Below are positions 45,001 to 60,000 of a stretch of 64,000 bases of DNA, piece by piece. The stretch's first letter is position 1. Each line of letters opens with the position of its first letter. Where the stretch lies: contig OZ024740.1 of NCBI GenBank assembly GCA_964016885.1, forward strand, positions 442,804,003-442,868,002, given 5' to 3'. A program made the position numbers and the translations under genes. Origin of the DNA: Eledone cirrhosa. Its lineage: Eukaryota. The notes under the pieces are model-generated. The model was not told where the DNA came from. It saw only the letters and a list, made by a program, of their open reading frames with translations, and made no database searches.

Positions 45001-48000
45001 CCAAGGCAAGTAAACTCCGTTATATACCGAGTGTCTTCCTGACACCCAGGGCTAGTAAACCCCGTTATATACCGAGTGTCTTCCTGAAACCCAGGGCAAG
45101 TAAACTCCGTTATATACCGAGTGTCTTCCTGACAGCGAGGGCAAGTAAACCCAGTTATATACCGAGTGTCTTCCTGACACCCAAGGCAAGTAAACTCTGT
45201 TATATACCGAGTGTCTTCCTGACACCCAGGGCAAGTAAACTCCGTTATATACCGAGTATCTTCCTGACACCAGGGCAAGTAAAGCCCGTTATATACCGAG
45301 TGTCTTCCTGACACCCAGGGCAAGTAAACCCCGTTATATACCGAGTGTCTTCCTGACAGCGAGGGCAAGTAAACCCCGTTATATACCGAGTGTCTTCCTG
45401 ACACCCAGGGCAAGTAAACCCCGTTATATACCGAGTGTCTTCCTGACACCCAGGGCAAGAAAACCCCGTTATATACCGAGTGTCTTCCTGACACCCAGGG
45501 CAAGTAATCTCCTATATATCAAGTGTCTTTCTGACACCCAGGGCAAGAAAACCCCGTTATATACCGAGTGTCTTCCTGACACCCAGGGCAAGTAAACCCC
45601 GTTATATACCGAGTGTCTTCCTGACACCCAGGGCAAGTAAACCCCGTCATATACCGAGTGTCTTCCTGACACCCAGGGCAAGTAAACCCCGTTATATACC
45701 GAGTGTCTTCCTGACACCCAGGGCAAGTAATCTCCTTTATATATCAAGTGTCTTTCTGACACCCAGGGCAAGTAAAGCCCATTATATACCGAGTGTCTTC
45801 CTGACACCCAGGGCAAGTAAACCCCGTTATATACAGAGTGTCTTCCTGACACCCAGGGCAAGTAAACTCCGTTATATACCGAGTGTCTTCCTGACACCCA
45901 AGGCAAGTAAACTCCGTTATATACCGAGTGTCTTCCTGACACCCAGGGCAAGTAAACCCCGTTATATACCGAGTGTCTTCCTGACACCCAGGGCAAGTAA
46001 GCCCCGTTATATACTGAGTGTCTTCCTGACACCCAGGGCAAGTAATCTCCTTTATATATCAAGTGTCTTTCTGACACCCAGGGCAAGTAAACCCCGTTAT
46101 ATACCGAGTGTCTTCCTGACACCCAGGGCAAGTAAACCCCGTTATATACCGAGTGTCTTCCTGACACCCAGGGCAAGTAAACACCGTTATATACCGACTG
46201 TCTTCCTGACACCCAAGGCAAGTAAACTCCGTTATATACCGATTGTCTTCCTGACACCCAGGGCAAGTAAACCCCGTTATATACCGAGTGTCTTCCTGAC
46301 ACCCAGGGCAAGTAAACTCCGTTATATACCGAGTGTCTTCCTGACACCCAGGGCAAGTAAACCCCGTTATATACCGAGTGTCTTCCTGACACCCAAGGCA
46401 AGTAAACTCTGTTATATACCGAGTGTCTTCCTGACACCCAGGGCAAGTAAACTCCGTTATATACCGAGTGTCTTCCTGACACCCAGGGCAAGTAAAGCCC
46501 GTTATATACCGAGTGTCTTCCTGACACCCAGGGCAAGTAAACCCTGTTATATACCGAGTGTCTTCCTGACAGCGAGGGCAAGTAAACCCCGTTATATACC
46601 GAGTGTCTTCCTGACATCCAAGGCAAGTAAACTCTGTTATATACCGAGTGTCTTCCTGACACTCAGGGCAAGTAAACCCCGTTATATACCGAGTGTCTTC
46701 CTGACACCCAGGGCAAGTAAACCCCGTTATATACCGAGTGTCTTCCTGACACCCAGGGCAAGTAAACTCCTTTATATATCAAGTGTCTTTCTGACACCCA
46801 GGGCATGAAAACCCCGTTATATACCGAGTGTCTTCCTGACACCCAGGGCAAGTAAACCACGTTATATACCGAGTGTCTTCCTGACACCCAGGGCAAGTAA
46901 ACCCCGTTATATACCGAGTGTCTTCCTGACACCCAGGGCAAGTAAACCCCGTTATATACCGAGTGTCTTCCTGACACCCAGGGCAAGTAATCTCCTTTAT
47001 ATATAAAGTGTCTTTCTGACACCTAGGGCAAGCAAACCCCATTATATACCGAGTGTCTTCCTGACACCCAGGGCAAGTAAACCCCGTTATATACCGAGTG
47101 TCTTCCTGACACCCAGGGCAAGTAAACTCCGTTATATACCGAGTGTCTTCCTGACACCCAAGGCAAGTAAACTCCGTTATATACCGAGTGTCTTCCTGAC
47201 AGCCAGGGCAAGTAAACCCCGTTATATACCGAGTGTCTTCCTGACACCCAGGGCAGGTAAGCCCCGTTATATACCGAGTGTCTTCCTGACACCCAGGGCA
47301 AGTAAACCCCGTTATATACCAAGTGTCTTCCTGAAACCCAGGGCAAGTAAACCCCGTTATATACCGAGTGTCTTCCTGACACCCAGGGCAAGTAAACCCC
47401 GTTATATACCTAGTGTCTTCCTGACACCCAGAGCCATTAAACCCCGTTATATACCGAGTGTCTTCTTGACACCCAGGGCAAGTAAACCCCGTTATATACC
47501 GAGTGTCTTCTTGACACCCAGGGCAAGTAAACCCCGTTATATACCGAGTGTCTTCTTGAAACCCAGGGCAAGTAAACCCCGTTATATATACCGAGTGTCT
47601 TCCTGACACCCAGGGCAAGTAAACCCCGTTATATACCGAGTGTCTTCCTGAAACCCAGGGCAAGTAAACCCCGTTATATACCGAGTGTCTTCCTGACACC
47701 CAGGGCAAGTAAACTCCGTTATATACCGAGTGTCTTCCTGACACCCAGGGCAAGTAAACCCCATTATATACAGAGTGTCTTCCTGACACCCAGGGCAAGT
47801 AAACTCCGTTATATACCGAGTGACTTCCTGACACCCAGGGCAAGTAAACCCCGTTATATACCGAGTGTCTTCCTGACACCCAGGGCAAGTAAACTCCGTT
47901 ATATACCGAGTGTCTTCCTGACACCCAGGGCAAGTAAACCCCGTTATATACCAAGTGTCTTCTTGACACCCAGGGCAAGTAAACCCCGTTATATACCGAG

Positions 48001-51000
48001 TGTCTTCCTGAAACCCAGGGCAAGTAAACTCCTTTATATATCAAGTGTCTTCCTGACACCCAGGGCAAGTAAACCCCGTTATATACCGAGTGTCTTCCCG
48101 ACACCCAGGGCAAGTAAACCCCGTTATATACCGAGTGTCTTCCTGACACCCAGGGCAAGTAAACCCCGTTATATACCGAGTGTCTTCCTGACACCCAGGG
48201 CAAGTAAACCGCGTTATATACCGAGTGTCTTCCTGACACCCAGGGCAAGTAAACCTCGTTATATACCGAGTGTCTTCCTGACACCCAGGGCAAGTAAACC
48301 CCGTTATATACCGAGTGTCTTCCTGACACCCAGGGCAAGTAAACCCCGTTATATACCGAGTGTCTTCCTGACACCCAGGGCAAGTAAACTCCGTTATATA
48401 CCGAGTGTTTTCCTGACACCCAGGGCAAGTAAACCCCGTTATATACCGAGTGTCTTCCTGACACCCAGGGCAAGTAATCCCCGTTATATACCAAGTGTAT
48501 TCCTGATACCCAGGGCAAGTAAACCCCGTTATATACCGAGTGTCTTCCTGGCACTCAGGGCAAGTAAACCCCGTTATATACCGAGTGTCTTCCTGACACC
48601 CAGGGCAAGTAATCTCCTTTATATATCAAGTGTCTTTCTGACACCCAGGGCAAGTAAACCCCGTTATATACCGAGTGTCTTCCTGACACCCAGGGCAAGT
48701 AAACTCCGTTATATACCGAGTGTCTTCCTGACACCCAGGGCAAATAAACCCCGTTATATACCGAGTGTCTTCCTGAAACCCAGGGCAAGTAAACCCCGTT
48801 ATATATCGAGTGTGTTCCTGACACCCAGGGCAAGTAATCCCCGTTTTATACCGAGTGTCTTCCTGACACTCAGGGCAAGTAAACTCCGTTATATATCAAG
48901 TGTCTTCCTGACACCCAGGGCAAGTAAACCCCGTTATATACCGAGTGTGTTCCTGATACCCAGGGCAAGTAAACCCCGTTATATACCGAGTGTGTTCCTG
49001 ACACCCAGGGCAAGTAAACCCCGATATATACCGAGTGTGTTCCTGACACCCAGGGCAAGTAAACCCCGTTATATACCGAGTGTGTTCCTGACACCCAGGG
49101 CAAGTAAACCCCGTTATATACCGAGTGTCTTCTTGACACCCACGGCAAGTAAACCCCGTTATATACCGAGTGTCTTCCTGACACCCAGGGCAAGTAAACC
49201 CCGTTATATACCGAGTGTCTTCCTGACACCCAGGGCAAGTAAAGCTCGTTATATACCGAGTGTCTTCCTGAAACCCAGGGCAAGTAAACCCCGTTATATA
49301 CCGAGTGTCTTCCTGACACCCAGGGCAAGTAAACCCCGTTATATACCGAGTGTCTTCCTGACACCCAGGGCAAGTAAACTCCGTTATATACCGAGTGTCT
49401 TCCTGACACCCAGGGCAAGTAAACCCCGTTATATACCGAGTGTCTTTCTGACACCCAGGGCAAGTAATCCCCGTTATATACCAAGTGTATTCCTGATACC
49501 CAGGGCAAGTAAACCCCGTTATATACCGAGTGTCTTCCTGGCACTCAGGGCAAGTAAACCCCGTTATATACCGAGTGTCTTCCTGACACCCAGGGCAAGT
49601 AATCTCCTTTATATATCAAGTGTCTTTCTGACACCCAGGGCAAGAAAACCCCGTTATATACCGAGTGTCTTCCTGACACCCAGGGCAAGTAAACCCCGTT
49701 ATATACCGAGTGTCTTCCTGACACCCAGGGCAAGTAAACTCCGTTATATACCGAGTGTCTTCCTGACACCCAGGGCAAATAAACCCCGTTATATACCGAG
49801 TGTCTTCCTGACACCCAGGGCAAGTAAACTCCGTTATATACCGAGTGTCTTCCTGACACCCAGGGCAAGTAAACTCCTTTATATATCAAGTGTCTTCCTG
49901 ACACCCAGGGCAAGTAAGCCCCGTTATATACTGAGTGTCTTCCTGACACCCAGGGCAAGTAATCTCCTTTATATATAAAGTGTCTTTCTGACACCCAGGG
50001 CAAGTAAACCCCGTTATATACCGAGTGTCTTCCTGACACCCAGGGCAAGTAAACCCCGTTATATACCGAGTGTCTTCCTGGCACCCAGGGCAAGTAAACC
50101 CCGTTATATACCGAGTGTCTTCCTGACACCCAAGGCAAGTAAACTCCGTTATATACCGAGTGTCTTCCTGACACCCAGGGCAAGTAAACCCCGTTATATA
50201 CCGAGTGTCTTCCTGACACCCAGGGCAAGTAAACTCCGTTATATACCGAGTGTCTTCCTGACAGCGAGGGCAAGTAAACCCCGTTATATACCGAGTGTCT
50301 TCCTGACACCCAAGGCAAGTAAACTCTGTTATATACCGAGTGTCTTCCTGACACCCAGGGCAAGTAAACTCCGTTATATACCGAGTGTCTTCCTGACACC
50401 CAGGGCAAGTAAAGCCCGTTATATACCGAGTGTCTTCCTGACACCCAGGGCAAGTAAACCCTGTTATATACCGAGTGTCTTCCTGACAGCGAGGGCAAGT
50501 AAACCCCGTTATATACCGAGTGTCTTCCTGACATCCAAGGCAAGTAAACTCTGTTATATACCGAGTGTCTTCCTGACACCCAGGGCAAGTAAACTCCGTT
50601 ATATACCGAGTGTCTTCCTGACACCCAGGGCAAGTAAACCCCGTTATATACCGAGTGTCTTCCTGGCACCCAGGGCAAGTAAACCCCGTTATATACCGAG
50701 TGTCTTCCTGACACCCAGGGCAAGTAAACTCCTTTATATATCAAGTGTCTTTCTGACACCTAGGGCATGAAAACCCCGTTATATACCGAGTGTCTTCCTG
50801 ACACCCAGGGCAAGTAAACCCCGTTATATACCGAGTGTCTTCCTGACACCCAGGGCAAGTAAACCCCGTTATATACCGAGTGTCTTCCTGACACCCAGGG
50901 CAAGTAAACCCCGTTATATACCGAGTGTCTTCCTGACACCCAGGGCAAGTAATCTCCTTTATATATAAAGTGTCTTTCTGACACCTAGGGCAAGCAAACC

Positions 51001-54000
51001 CCATTATATACCGAGTGTCTTCCTGACACCCAGGGCAAGTAAACCCCGTTATATACCGAGTGTCTTCCTGACACCCAGGGCAAGTAAACTCCGTTATATA
51101 CCGAGTGTCTTCCTGACACCCAAGGCAAGTAAACTCCGTTATATACCGAGTGTCTTCCTGACAGCCAGGGCAAGTAAACCCCGTTATATACCGAGTGTCT
51201 TCCTGACACCCAGGGCAGGTATCCCCGTTATATACCGAGTGTCTTCCTGACACCCAGGGCAAGTAAACCCCGTTATATACCAAGTGTCTTCCTGACACCC
51301 AGGGCAAGTAAACCCCGTTATATACCGAGTGTCTTTCTGACACCCAGGGCAAGTAAACCCCGTTATATACCGAGTGTCTTCCTGACACCCAGAGCCAGTA
51401 AACCCCGTTATATACCGAGTGTCTTCTTGACACCCAGGGCAAGTAAACCCCGTTATATACCGAGTGTCTTCTTGACACCCAGGGCAAGTAAACCCCGTTA
51501 TATACCGAGTGTCTTCTTGAAACCCAGGGCAAGTAAACCCCGTTATATATACCGAGTGTCTTCCTGACACCCAGGGCAAGTAAACCCCGTTATATACAGA
51601 GTGTCTTCCCGACACCCAGGGCAAGTAAACTCCGTTATATACCGAGTGACTTCCTGACACCCAGGGCAACTAAACCCCGTTATATACCGAGTGTCTTCCT
51701 GACACCCAGGGCAAGTAAACTCCGTTATATACCGAGTGTCTTCCTGACACCCAGGGCAAGTAAACCCCGTTATATACCAAGTGTCTTCTTGACACCCAGG
51801 GCAAGTAAACCCCGTTATATACCGAGTGTCTTCCTGAAACCCAGGGCAAGTAAACTCCTTTATATATCAAGTGTCTTCCTGACACCCAGGGCAAGTAAAC
51901 CCCGTTATATACCGAGTGTCTTCCCGACACCCAGGGCAAGTAAACCCCGTTATATACCGAGTGTCTTCCTGACACCCAGGGCAAGTAAACCCCGTTATAT
52001 ACCGAGTGTCTTCCTGACACCCAGGGCAAGTAAACCCCGTTATATACCGAGTGTCTTCCTGACACCCAAGGCAAGTAAACTCCGTTATATACCGAGTGTC
52101 TTCCTGACACCCAGGGCAAGTAAACCCCGTTATATACCGAGTGTCTTCCTGACACCCAGGGCAAGTAAACTCCGTTATATACCGAGTGTCTTCCTGACAG
52201 CGAGGGCAAGTAAACCCCGTTATATACCGAGTGTCTTCCTGACACCCAAGGCAAGTAAACTCTGTTATATACCGAGTGTCTTCCTGACACCCAGGGCAAG
52301 TAAACTCCGTTATATACCGAGTGTCTTCCTGACACCCAGGGCAAGTAAAGCCCGTTATATACCGAGTGTCTTCCTGACACCCAGGGCAAGTAAACCCTGT
52401 TATATACCGAGTGTCTTCCTGACAGCGAGGGCAAGTAAACCCCGTTATATACCGAGTGTCTTCCTGACATCCAAGGCAAGTAAACTCTGTTATATACCGA
52501 GTGTCTTCCTGACACCCAGGGCAAGTAAACTCCGTTATATACCGAGTGTCTTCCTGACACCCAGGGCAAGTAAACCCCGTTATATACCGAGTGTCTTCCT
52601 GGCACCCAGGGCAAGTAAACCCCGTTATATACCGAGTGTCTTCCTGACACCCAGGGCAAGTAAACTCCTTTATATATCAAGTGTCTTTCTGACACCCAGG
52701 GCATGAAAACCCCGTTATATACCGAGTGTCTTCCTGACACCCAGGGCAAGTAAACCCCGTTATATACCGAGTGTCTTCCTGACACCCAGGGCAAGTAAAC
52801 CCCGTTATATACCGAGTGTCTTCCTGACACCCAGGGCAAGTAAACCCCGTTATATACCGAGTGTCTTCCTGACACCCAGGGCAAGTAATCTCCTTTATAT
52901 ATAAAGTGTCTTTCTGACACCTAGGGCAAGCAAACCCCATTATATACCGAGTGTCTTCCTGACACCCAGGGCAAGTAAACCCCGTTATATACCGAGTGTC
53001 TTCCTGACACCCAGGGCAAGTAAACTCCGTTATATACCGAGTGTCTTCCTGACACCCAAGGCAAGTAAACTCCGTTATATACCGAGTGTCTTCCTGACAG
53101 CCAGGGCAAGTAAACCCCGTTATATACCGAGTGTCTTCCTGACACCCAGGGCAGGTATCCCCGTTATATACCGAGTGTCTTCCTGACACCCAGGGCAAGT
53201 AAACCCCGTTATATACCAAGTGTCTTCCTGACACCCAGGGCAAGTAAACCCCGTTATATACCGAGTGTCTTCCTGACACCCAGGGCAAGTAAACCCCGTT
53301 ATATACCGAGTGTCTTCCTGACACCCAGAGCCAGTAAACCCCGTTATATACCGAGTGTCTTCTTGACACCCAGGGCAAGTAAACCCCGTTATATACCGAG
53401 TGTCTTCTTGACACCCAGGGCAAGTAAACCCCGTTATATACCGAGTGTCTTCTTGAAACCCAGGGCAAGTAAACCCCGTTATATATACCGAGTGTCTTCC
53501 TGACACCCAGGGCAAGTAAACCCCGTTATATACAGAGTGTCTTCCCGACACCCAGGGCAAGTAAACTCCGTTATATACCGAGTGACTTCCTGACACCCAG
53601 GGCAAGTAAACCCCGTTATATACCGAGTGTCTTCCTGACACCCAGGGCAAGTAAACTCCGTTATATACCGAGTGTCTTCCTGACACCCAGGGCAAGTAAA
53701 CCCCGTTATATACCAAGTGTCTTCTTGACACCCAGGGCAAGTAAACCCCGTTATATACCGAGTGTCTTCCTGAAACCCAGGGCAAGTAAACTCCTTTATA
53801 TATCAAGTGTCTTCCTGACACCCAGGGCAAGTAAACCCCGTTATATACCGAGTGTCTTCCCGACACCCAGGGCAAGTAAACCCCGTTATATACCGAGTGT
53901 CTTCCTGACACCCAGGGCAAGTAAACCCCGTTATATACCGAGTGTCTTCCTGACACCCAGGGCAAGTAAACCCCGTTATATACCGAGTGTCTTCCTGACA

Positions 54001-57000
54001 CCCAGGGCAAGTAAACCTCGTTATATACCGAGTGTCTTCCTGACACCCAGGGCAAGTAAACCCCGTTATATACCGAGGGTCTTCCTGACACCCAGGGCAA
54101 GTAAACCCCGTTATATACCGAGTGTCTTCCTGACACCCAGGGCAAGTAAACTCCGTTATATACCGAGTGTCTTCCTGACAGCGAGGGCAAGTAAACCCCG
54201 TTATATACCGAGTGTCTTCCTGACACCCAGGGCAAGTAATCCCCGTTATATACCAAGTGTATTCCTGATACCCAGGGCAAGTAAACCCCGTTATATACCG
54301 AGTGTCTTCCTGGCACTCAGGGCAAGTAAACCCCGTTATATACCGAGTGTCTTCCTGACACCCAGGGCAAGTAATCTCCTTTATATATCAAGTGTCTTTC
54401 TGACACCCAGGGCAAGAAAACCCCGTTATATACCGAGTGTCTTCCTGACACCCAGGGCAAGTAAACCCCGTTATATACCGAGTGTCTTCCTGACACCCAG
54501 GGCAAGTAAACTCCGTTATATACCGAGTGTCTTCCTGACACCCAGGGCAAATAAACCCCGTTATATACCGAGTGTCTTCCTGAAACCCAGGGCAAGTAAA
54601 CCCCGTTATATATCGAGTGTGTTCCTGACACCCAGGGCAAGTAATCCCCGTTATATACCGAGTGTCTTCCTGACACTCAGGGCAAGTAAACTCCGTTATA
54701 TATCAAGTGTCTTCCTGACACCCAGGGCAAGTAAACCCCGTTATATACCGAGTGTGTTCCTGACACCCAGGGCAAGTAAACCCCGTTATATACCGAGTGT
54801 CTTCTTGACACCCAGGGCAAGTAAACCCCGTTATATACCGAGTGTCTTCCTGACACCCAGGGCAAGTAAACCCCGTTATATACCGAGTGTCTTCCTGACA
54901 CCCAGGGCAAGTAAAGCTCGTTATATACCGAGTGTCTTCCTGAAACCCAGGGCAAGTAAACCCCGTTATATACCGAGTGTCTTCCTGACACCCAGGGCAA
55001 GTAAACTCCGTTATATACCGAGTGTCTTCCTGACACCCAGGGCAAGTAAACCCCGTTATATAGCGAGTGTCTTCCTGACACCCAGGGCAAGTAATCCCCG
55101 TTATATACCAAGTGTATTCCTGATACCCAGGGCAAGTAAACCCCGTTATATACCGAGTGTCTTCCTGGCACTCAGGGCAAGTAAACCCCGTTATATACCG
55201 AGTGTCTTCCTGACACCCAGGGCAAGTAATCTCCTTTATATATCAAGTGTCTTTCTGACACCCAGGGCAAGAAAACCCCGTTATATACCGAGTGTCTTCC
55301 TGACACCCAGGGCAAGTAAACCCCGTTATATACCGAGTGTCTTCCTGACACCCAGGGCAAGTAAACTCCGTTATATACCGAGTCTCTTCCTGACACCCAG
55401 GGCAAGTAAACTCCGTTATATACCGAGTGTCTTCCTGACACGCAGGGCAAGTAAACTCCTTTATATATCAAGTGTCTTCCTGACACCCAGGGCAAGTAAA
55501 CCCCGTTATATACCGAGTGTCTTCCTGACACCCAAGGCAAGTAAACCCCGTTATATACCGAGTGTCTTCCTGACACCCAGGGCAAGTAAACCCCGTTATA
55601 TACCGAGTGTCTTCCTGACACCCAAGGCAAGTAAACTCCGTTATATACCGAGTGTCTTCCCGACACCCAGGGCAAGTAAACCCCGTTATATACCGAGTGT
55701 CTTCCTGACACCCAGGGCAAGTAAACCCCGTTATATACCGAGTGTCTTCCTGACACCCAGGGCAAGTAAACCCCGTTATATACCGAGTGTCTTCCTGACA
55801 CCCAAGGCAAGTAAACTCCGTTATATACCGAGTGTCTTCCTGACACCCAGGGCAAGTAAACCCCGTTATATACCGAGTGTCTTCCTGACACCCAGGGCAA
55901 GTAAACTCCGTTATATACCGAGTGTCTTCCTGACAGCGAGGGCAAGTAAACCCCGTTATATACCGAGTGTCTTCCTGACACCCAAGGCAAGTAAACTCTG
56001 TTATATACCGAGTGTCTTCCTGACACCCAGGGCAAGTAAACTCCGTTATATACCGAGTGTCTTCCTGACACCCAGGGCAAGTAAAGCCCGTTATATACCG
56101 AGTGTCTTCCTGACACCCAGGGCAAGTAAACCCTGTTATATACCGAGTGTCTTCCTGACAGCGAGGGCAAGTAAACCCCGTTATATACCGAGTGTCTTCC
56201 TGACATCCAAGGCAAGTAAACTCTGTTATATACCGAGTGTCTTCCTGACACCCAGGGCAAGTAAACTCCGTTATATACCGAGTGTCTTCCTGACACCCAG
56301 GGCAAGTAAACCCCGTTATATACCGAGTGTCTTCCTGGCACCCAGGGCAAGTAAACCCCGTTATATACCGAGTGTCTTCCTGACACCCAGGGCAAGTAAA
56401 CTCCTTTATATATCAAGTGTCTTTCTGACACCCAGGGCATGAAAACCCCGTTATATACCGAGTGTCTTCCTGACACCCAGGGCAAGTAAACCCCGTTATA
56501 TACCGAGTGTCTTCCTGACACCCAGGGCAAGTAAACCCCGTTATATACCGAGTGTCTTCCTGACACCCAGGGCAAGTAAACCCCGTTATATACCGAGTGT
56601 CTTCCTGACACCCAGGGCAAGTAATCTCCTTTATATATAAAGTGTCTTTCTGACACCTAGGGCAAGCAAACCCCATTATATACCGAGTGTCTTCCTGACA
56701 CCCAGGGCAAGTAAACCCCGTTATATACCGAGTGTCTTCCTGACACCCAGGGCAAGTAAACTCCGTTATATACCGAGTGTCTTCCTGACACCCAAGGCAA
56801 GTAAACTCCGTTATATACCGAGTGTCTTCCTGACAGCCAGGGCAAGTAAACCCCGTTATATACCGAGTGTCTTCCTGACACCCAGGGCAGGTATCCCCGT
56901 TATATACCGAGTGTCTTCCTGACACCCAGGGCAAGTAAACCCCGTTATATACCAAGTGTCTTCCTGACACCCAGGGCAAGTAAACCCCGTTATATACCGA

Positions 57001-60000
57001 GTGTCTTCCTGACACCCAGGGCAAGTAAACCCCGTTATATACCGAGTGTCTTCCTGACACCCAGAGCCAGTAAACCCCGTTATATACCGAGTGTCTTCTT
57101 GACACCCAGGGCAAGTAAACCCCGTTATATACCGAGTGTCTTCTTGACACCCAGGGCAAGTAAACCCCGTTATATACCGAGTGTCTTCTTGAAACCCAGG
57201 GCAAGTAAACCCCGTTATATATACCGAGTGTCTTCCTGACACCCAGGGCAAGTAAACCCCGTTATATACAGAGTGTCTTCCCGACACCCAGGGCAAGTAA
57301 ACTCCGTTATATACCGAGTGACTTCCTGACACCCAGGGCAAGTAAACCCCGTTATATACCGAGTGTCTTCCTGACACCCAGGGCAAGTAAACTCCGTTAT
57401 ATACCGAGTGTCTTCCTGACACCCAGGGCAAGTAAACCCCGTTATATACCAAGTGTCTTCTTGACACCCAGGGCAAGTAAACCCCGTTATATACCGAGTG
57501 TCTTCCTGAAACCCAGGGCAAGTAAACTCCTTTATATATCAAGTGTCTTCCTGACACCCAGGGCAAGTAAACCCCGTTATATACCGAGTGTCTTCCCGAC
57601 ACCCAGGGCAAGTAAACCCCGTTATATACCGAGTGTCTTCCTGACACCCAGGGCAAGTAAACCCCGTTATATACCGAGTGTCTTCCTGACACCCAGGGCA
57701 AGTAAACCCCGTTATATACCGAGTGTCTTCCTGACACCCAGGGCAAGTAAACCTCGTTATATACCGAGTGTCTTCCTGACACCCAGGGCAAGTAAACCCC
57801 GTTATATACCGAGGGTCTTCCTGACACCCAGGGCAAGTAAACCCCGTTATATACCGAGTGTCTTCCTGACACCCAGGGCAAGTAAACTCCGTTATATACC
57901 GAGTGTCTTCCTGACAGCGAGGGCAAGTAAACCCCGTTATATACCGAGTGTCTTCCTGACACCCAGGGCAAGTAATCCCCGTTATATACCAAGTGTATTC
58001 CTGATACCCAGGGCAAGTAAACCCCGTTATATACCGAGTGTCTTCCTGGCACTCAGGGCAAGTAAACCCCGTTATATACCGAGTGTCTTCCTGACACCCA
58101 GGGCAAGTAATCTCCTTTATATATCAAGTGTCTTTCTGACACCCAGGGCAAGAAAACCCCGTTATATACCGAGTGTCTTCCTGACACCCAGGGCAAGTAA
58201 ACCCCGTTATATACCGAGTGTCTTCCTGACACCCAGGGCAAGTAAACTCCGTTATATACCGAGTGTCTTCCTGACACCCAGGGCAAATAAACCCCGTTAT
58301 ATACCGAGTGTCTTCCTGAAACCCAGGGCAAGTAAACCCCGTTATATATCGAGTGTGTTCCTGACACCCAGGGCAAGTAATCCCCGTTATATACCGAGTG
58401 TCTTCCTGACACTCAGGGCAAGTAAACTCCGTTATATATCAAGTGTCTTCCTGACACCCAGGGCAAGTAAACCCCGTTATATACCGAGTGTGTTCCTGAC
58501 ACCCAGGGCAAGTAAACCCCGTTATATACCGAGTGTCTTCTTGACACCCAGGGCAAGTAAACCCCGTTATATACCGAGTGTCTTCCTGACACCCAGGGCA
58601 AGTAAACCCCGTTATATACCGAGTGTCTTCCTGACACCCAGGGCAAGTAAAGCTCGTTATATACCGAGTGTCTTCCTGAAACCCAGGGCAAGTAAACCCC
58701 GTTATATACCGAGTGTCTTCCTGACACCCAGGGCAAGTAAACTCCGTTATATACCGAGTGTCTTCCTGACACCCAGGGCAAGTAAACCCCGTTATATAGC
58801 GAGTGTCTTCCTGACACCCAGGGCAAGTAATCCCCGTTATATACCAAGTGTATTCCTGATACCCAGGGCAAGTAAACCCCGTTATATACCGAGTGTCTTC
58901 CTGGCACTCAGGGCAAGTAAACCCCGTTATATACCGAGTGTCTTCCTGACACCCAGGGCAAGTAATCTCCTTTATATATCAAGTGTCTTTCTGACACCCA
59001 GGGCAAGAAAACCCCGTTATATACCGAGTGTCTTCCTGACACCCAGGGCAAGTAAACCCCGTTATATACCGAGTGTCTTCCTGACACCCAGGGCAAGTAA
59101 ACTCCGTTATATACCGAGTGTCTTCCTGACACCCAGGGCAAGTAAACTCCGTTATATACCGAGTGTCTTCCTGACACGCAGGGCAAGTAAACTCCTTTAT
59201 ATATCAAGTGTCTTCCTGACACCCAGGGCAAGTAAACCCCGTTATATACCGAGTGTCTTCCTGACACCCAAGGCATGTAACGCCGTTATATACCGAGTGT
59301 CTTCCTGACACCCAGGGCAAGTAAACTCCGTTATATACCGAGTGTCTTCCTGACACCCAGGGCAAGTAAACTCCGTTATATACCGAGTGTCTTCCTGACA
59401 CCCAGGGCAAGTAAACCCCGTTATATACCGAGTGTCTTCCTGACACCCAGGGCAAGTAAACTCCGTTATATACCGAGTGTCTTCCTGACACCCAGGGCAA
59501 GTAAACTCCGTTATATACCGAGTGTCTTCCTGACACCCAGGGCAAATAAACTCCTTTATATATCAAGTGTCTTCCTGACACCCAGGGCAAGTAAACCCCG
59601 TTATATACCGAGTGTCTTCCTGACACCCAAGGCATGTAACGCCGTTATATACCGAGTGTCTTCCTGACACCCAGGGCAAGTAAACTCCGTTATATACCGA
59701 GTGTCTTCCTGACACCCAGGGCAAGTAAACCCCGTTATATACCGAGTGTCTTCCTGACACCCAGGGCAAGTAAACCCATTTATATACCGAGTGTCTTCCT
59801 GACACCCAGGGCAAGTAAACTCCTTTATATATCAAGTGTCTTCCTGACACCCAGGGCAAGTAAACCCCGTTATATACCGAGTGTCTTCTTGACACCCAGG
59901 GCAAGTAAACCCCGTTATATACCGAGTGTCTTCTTGACACCCAGGGCAAGTAAACCCCGTTATATACCGAGTGTCTTCCTGACACCCAGGGCAAATAAAC

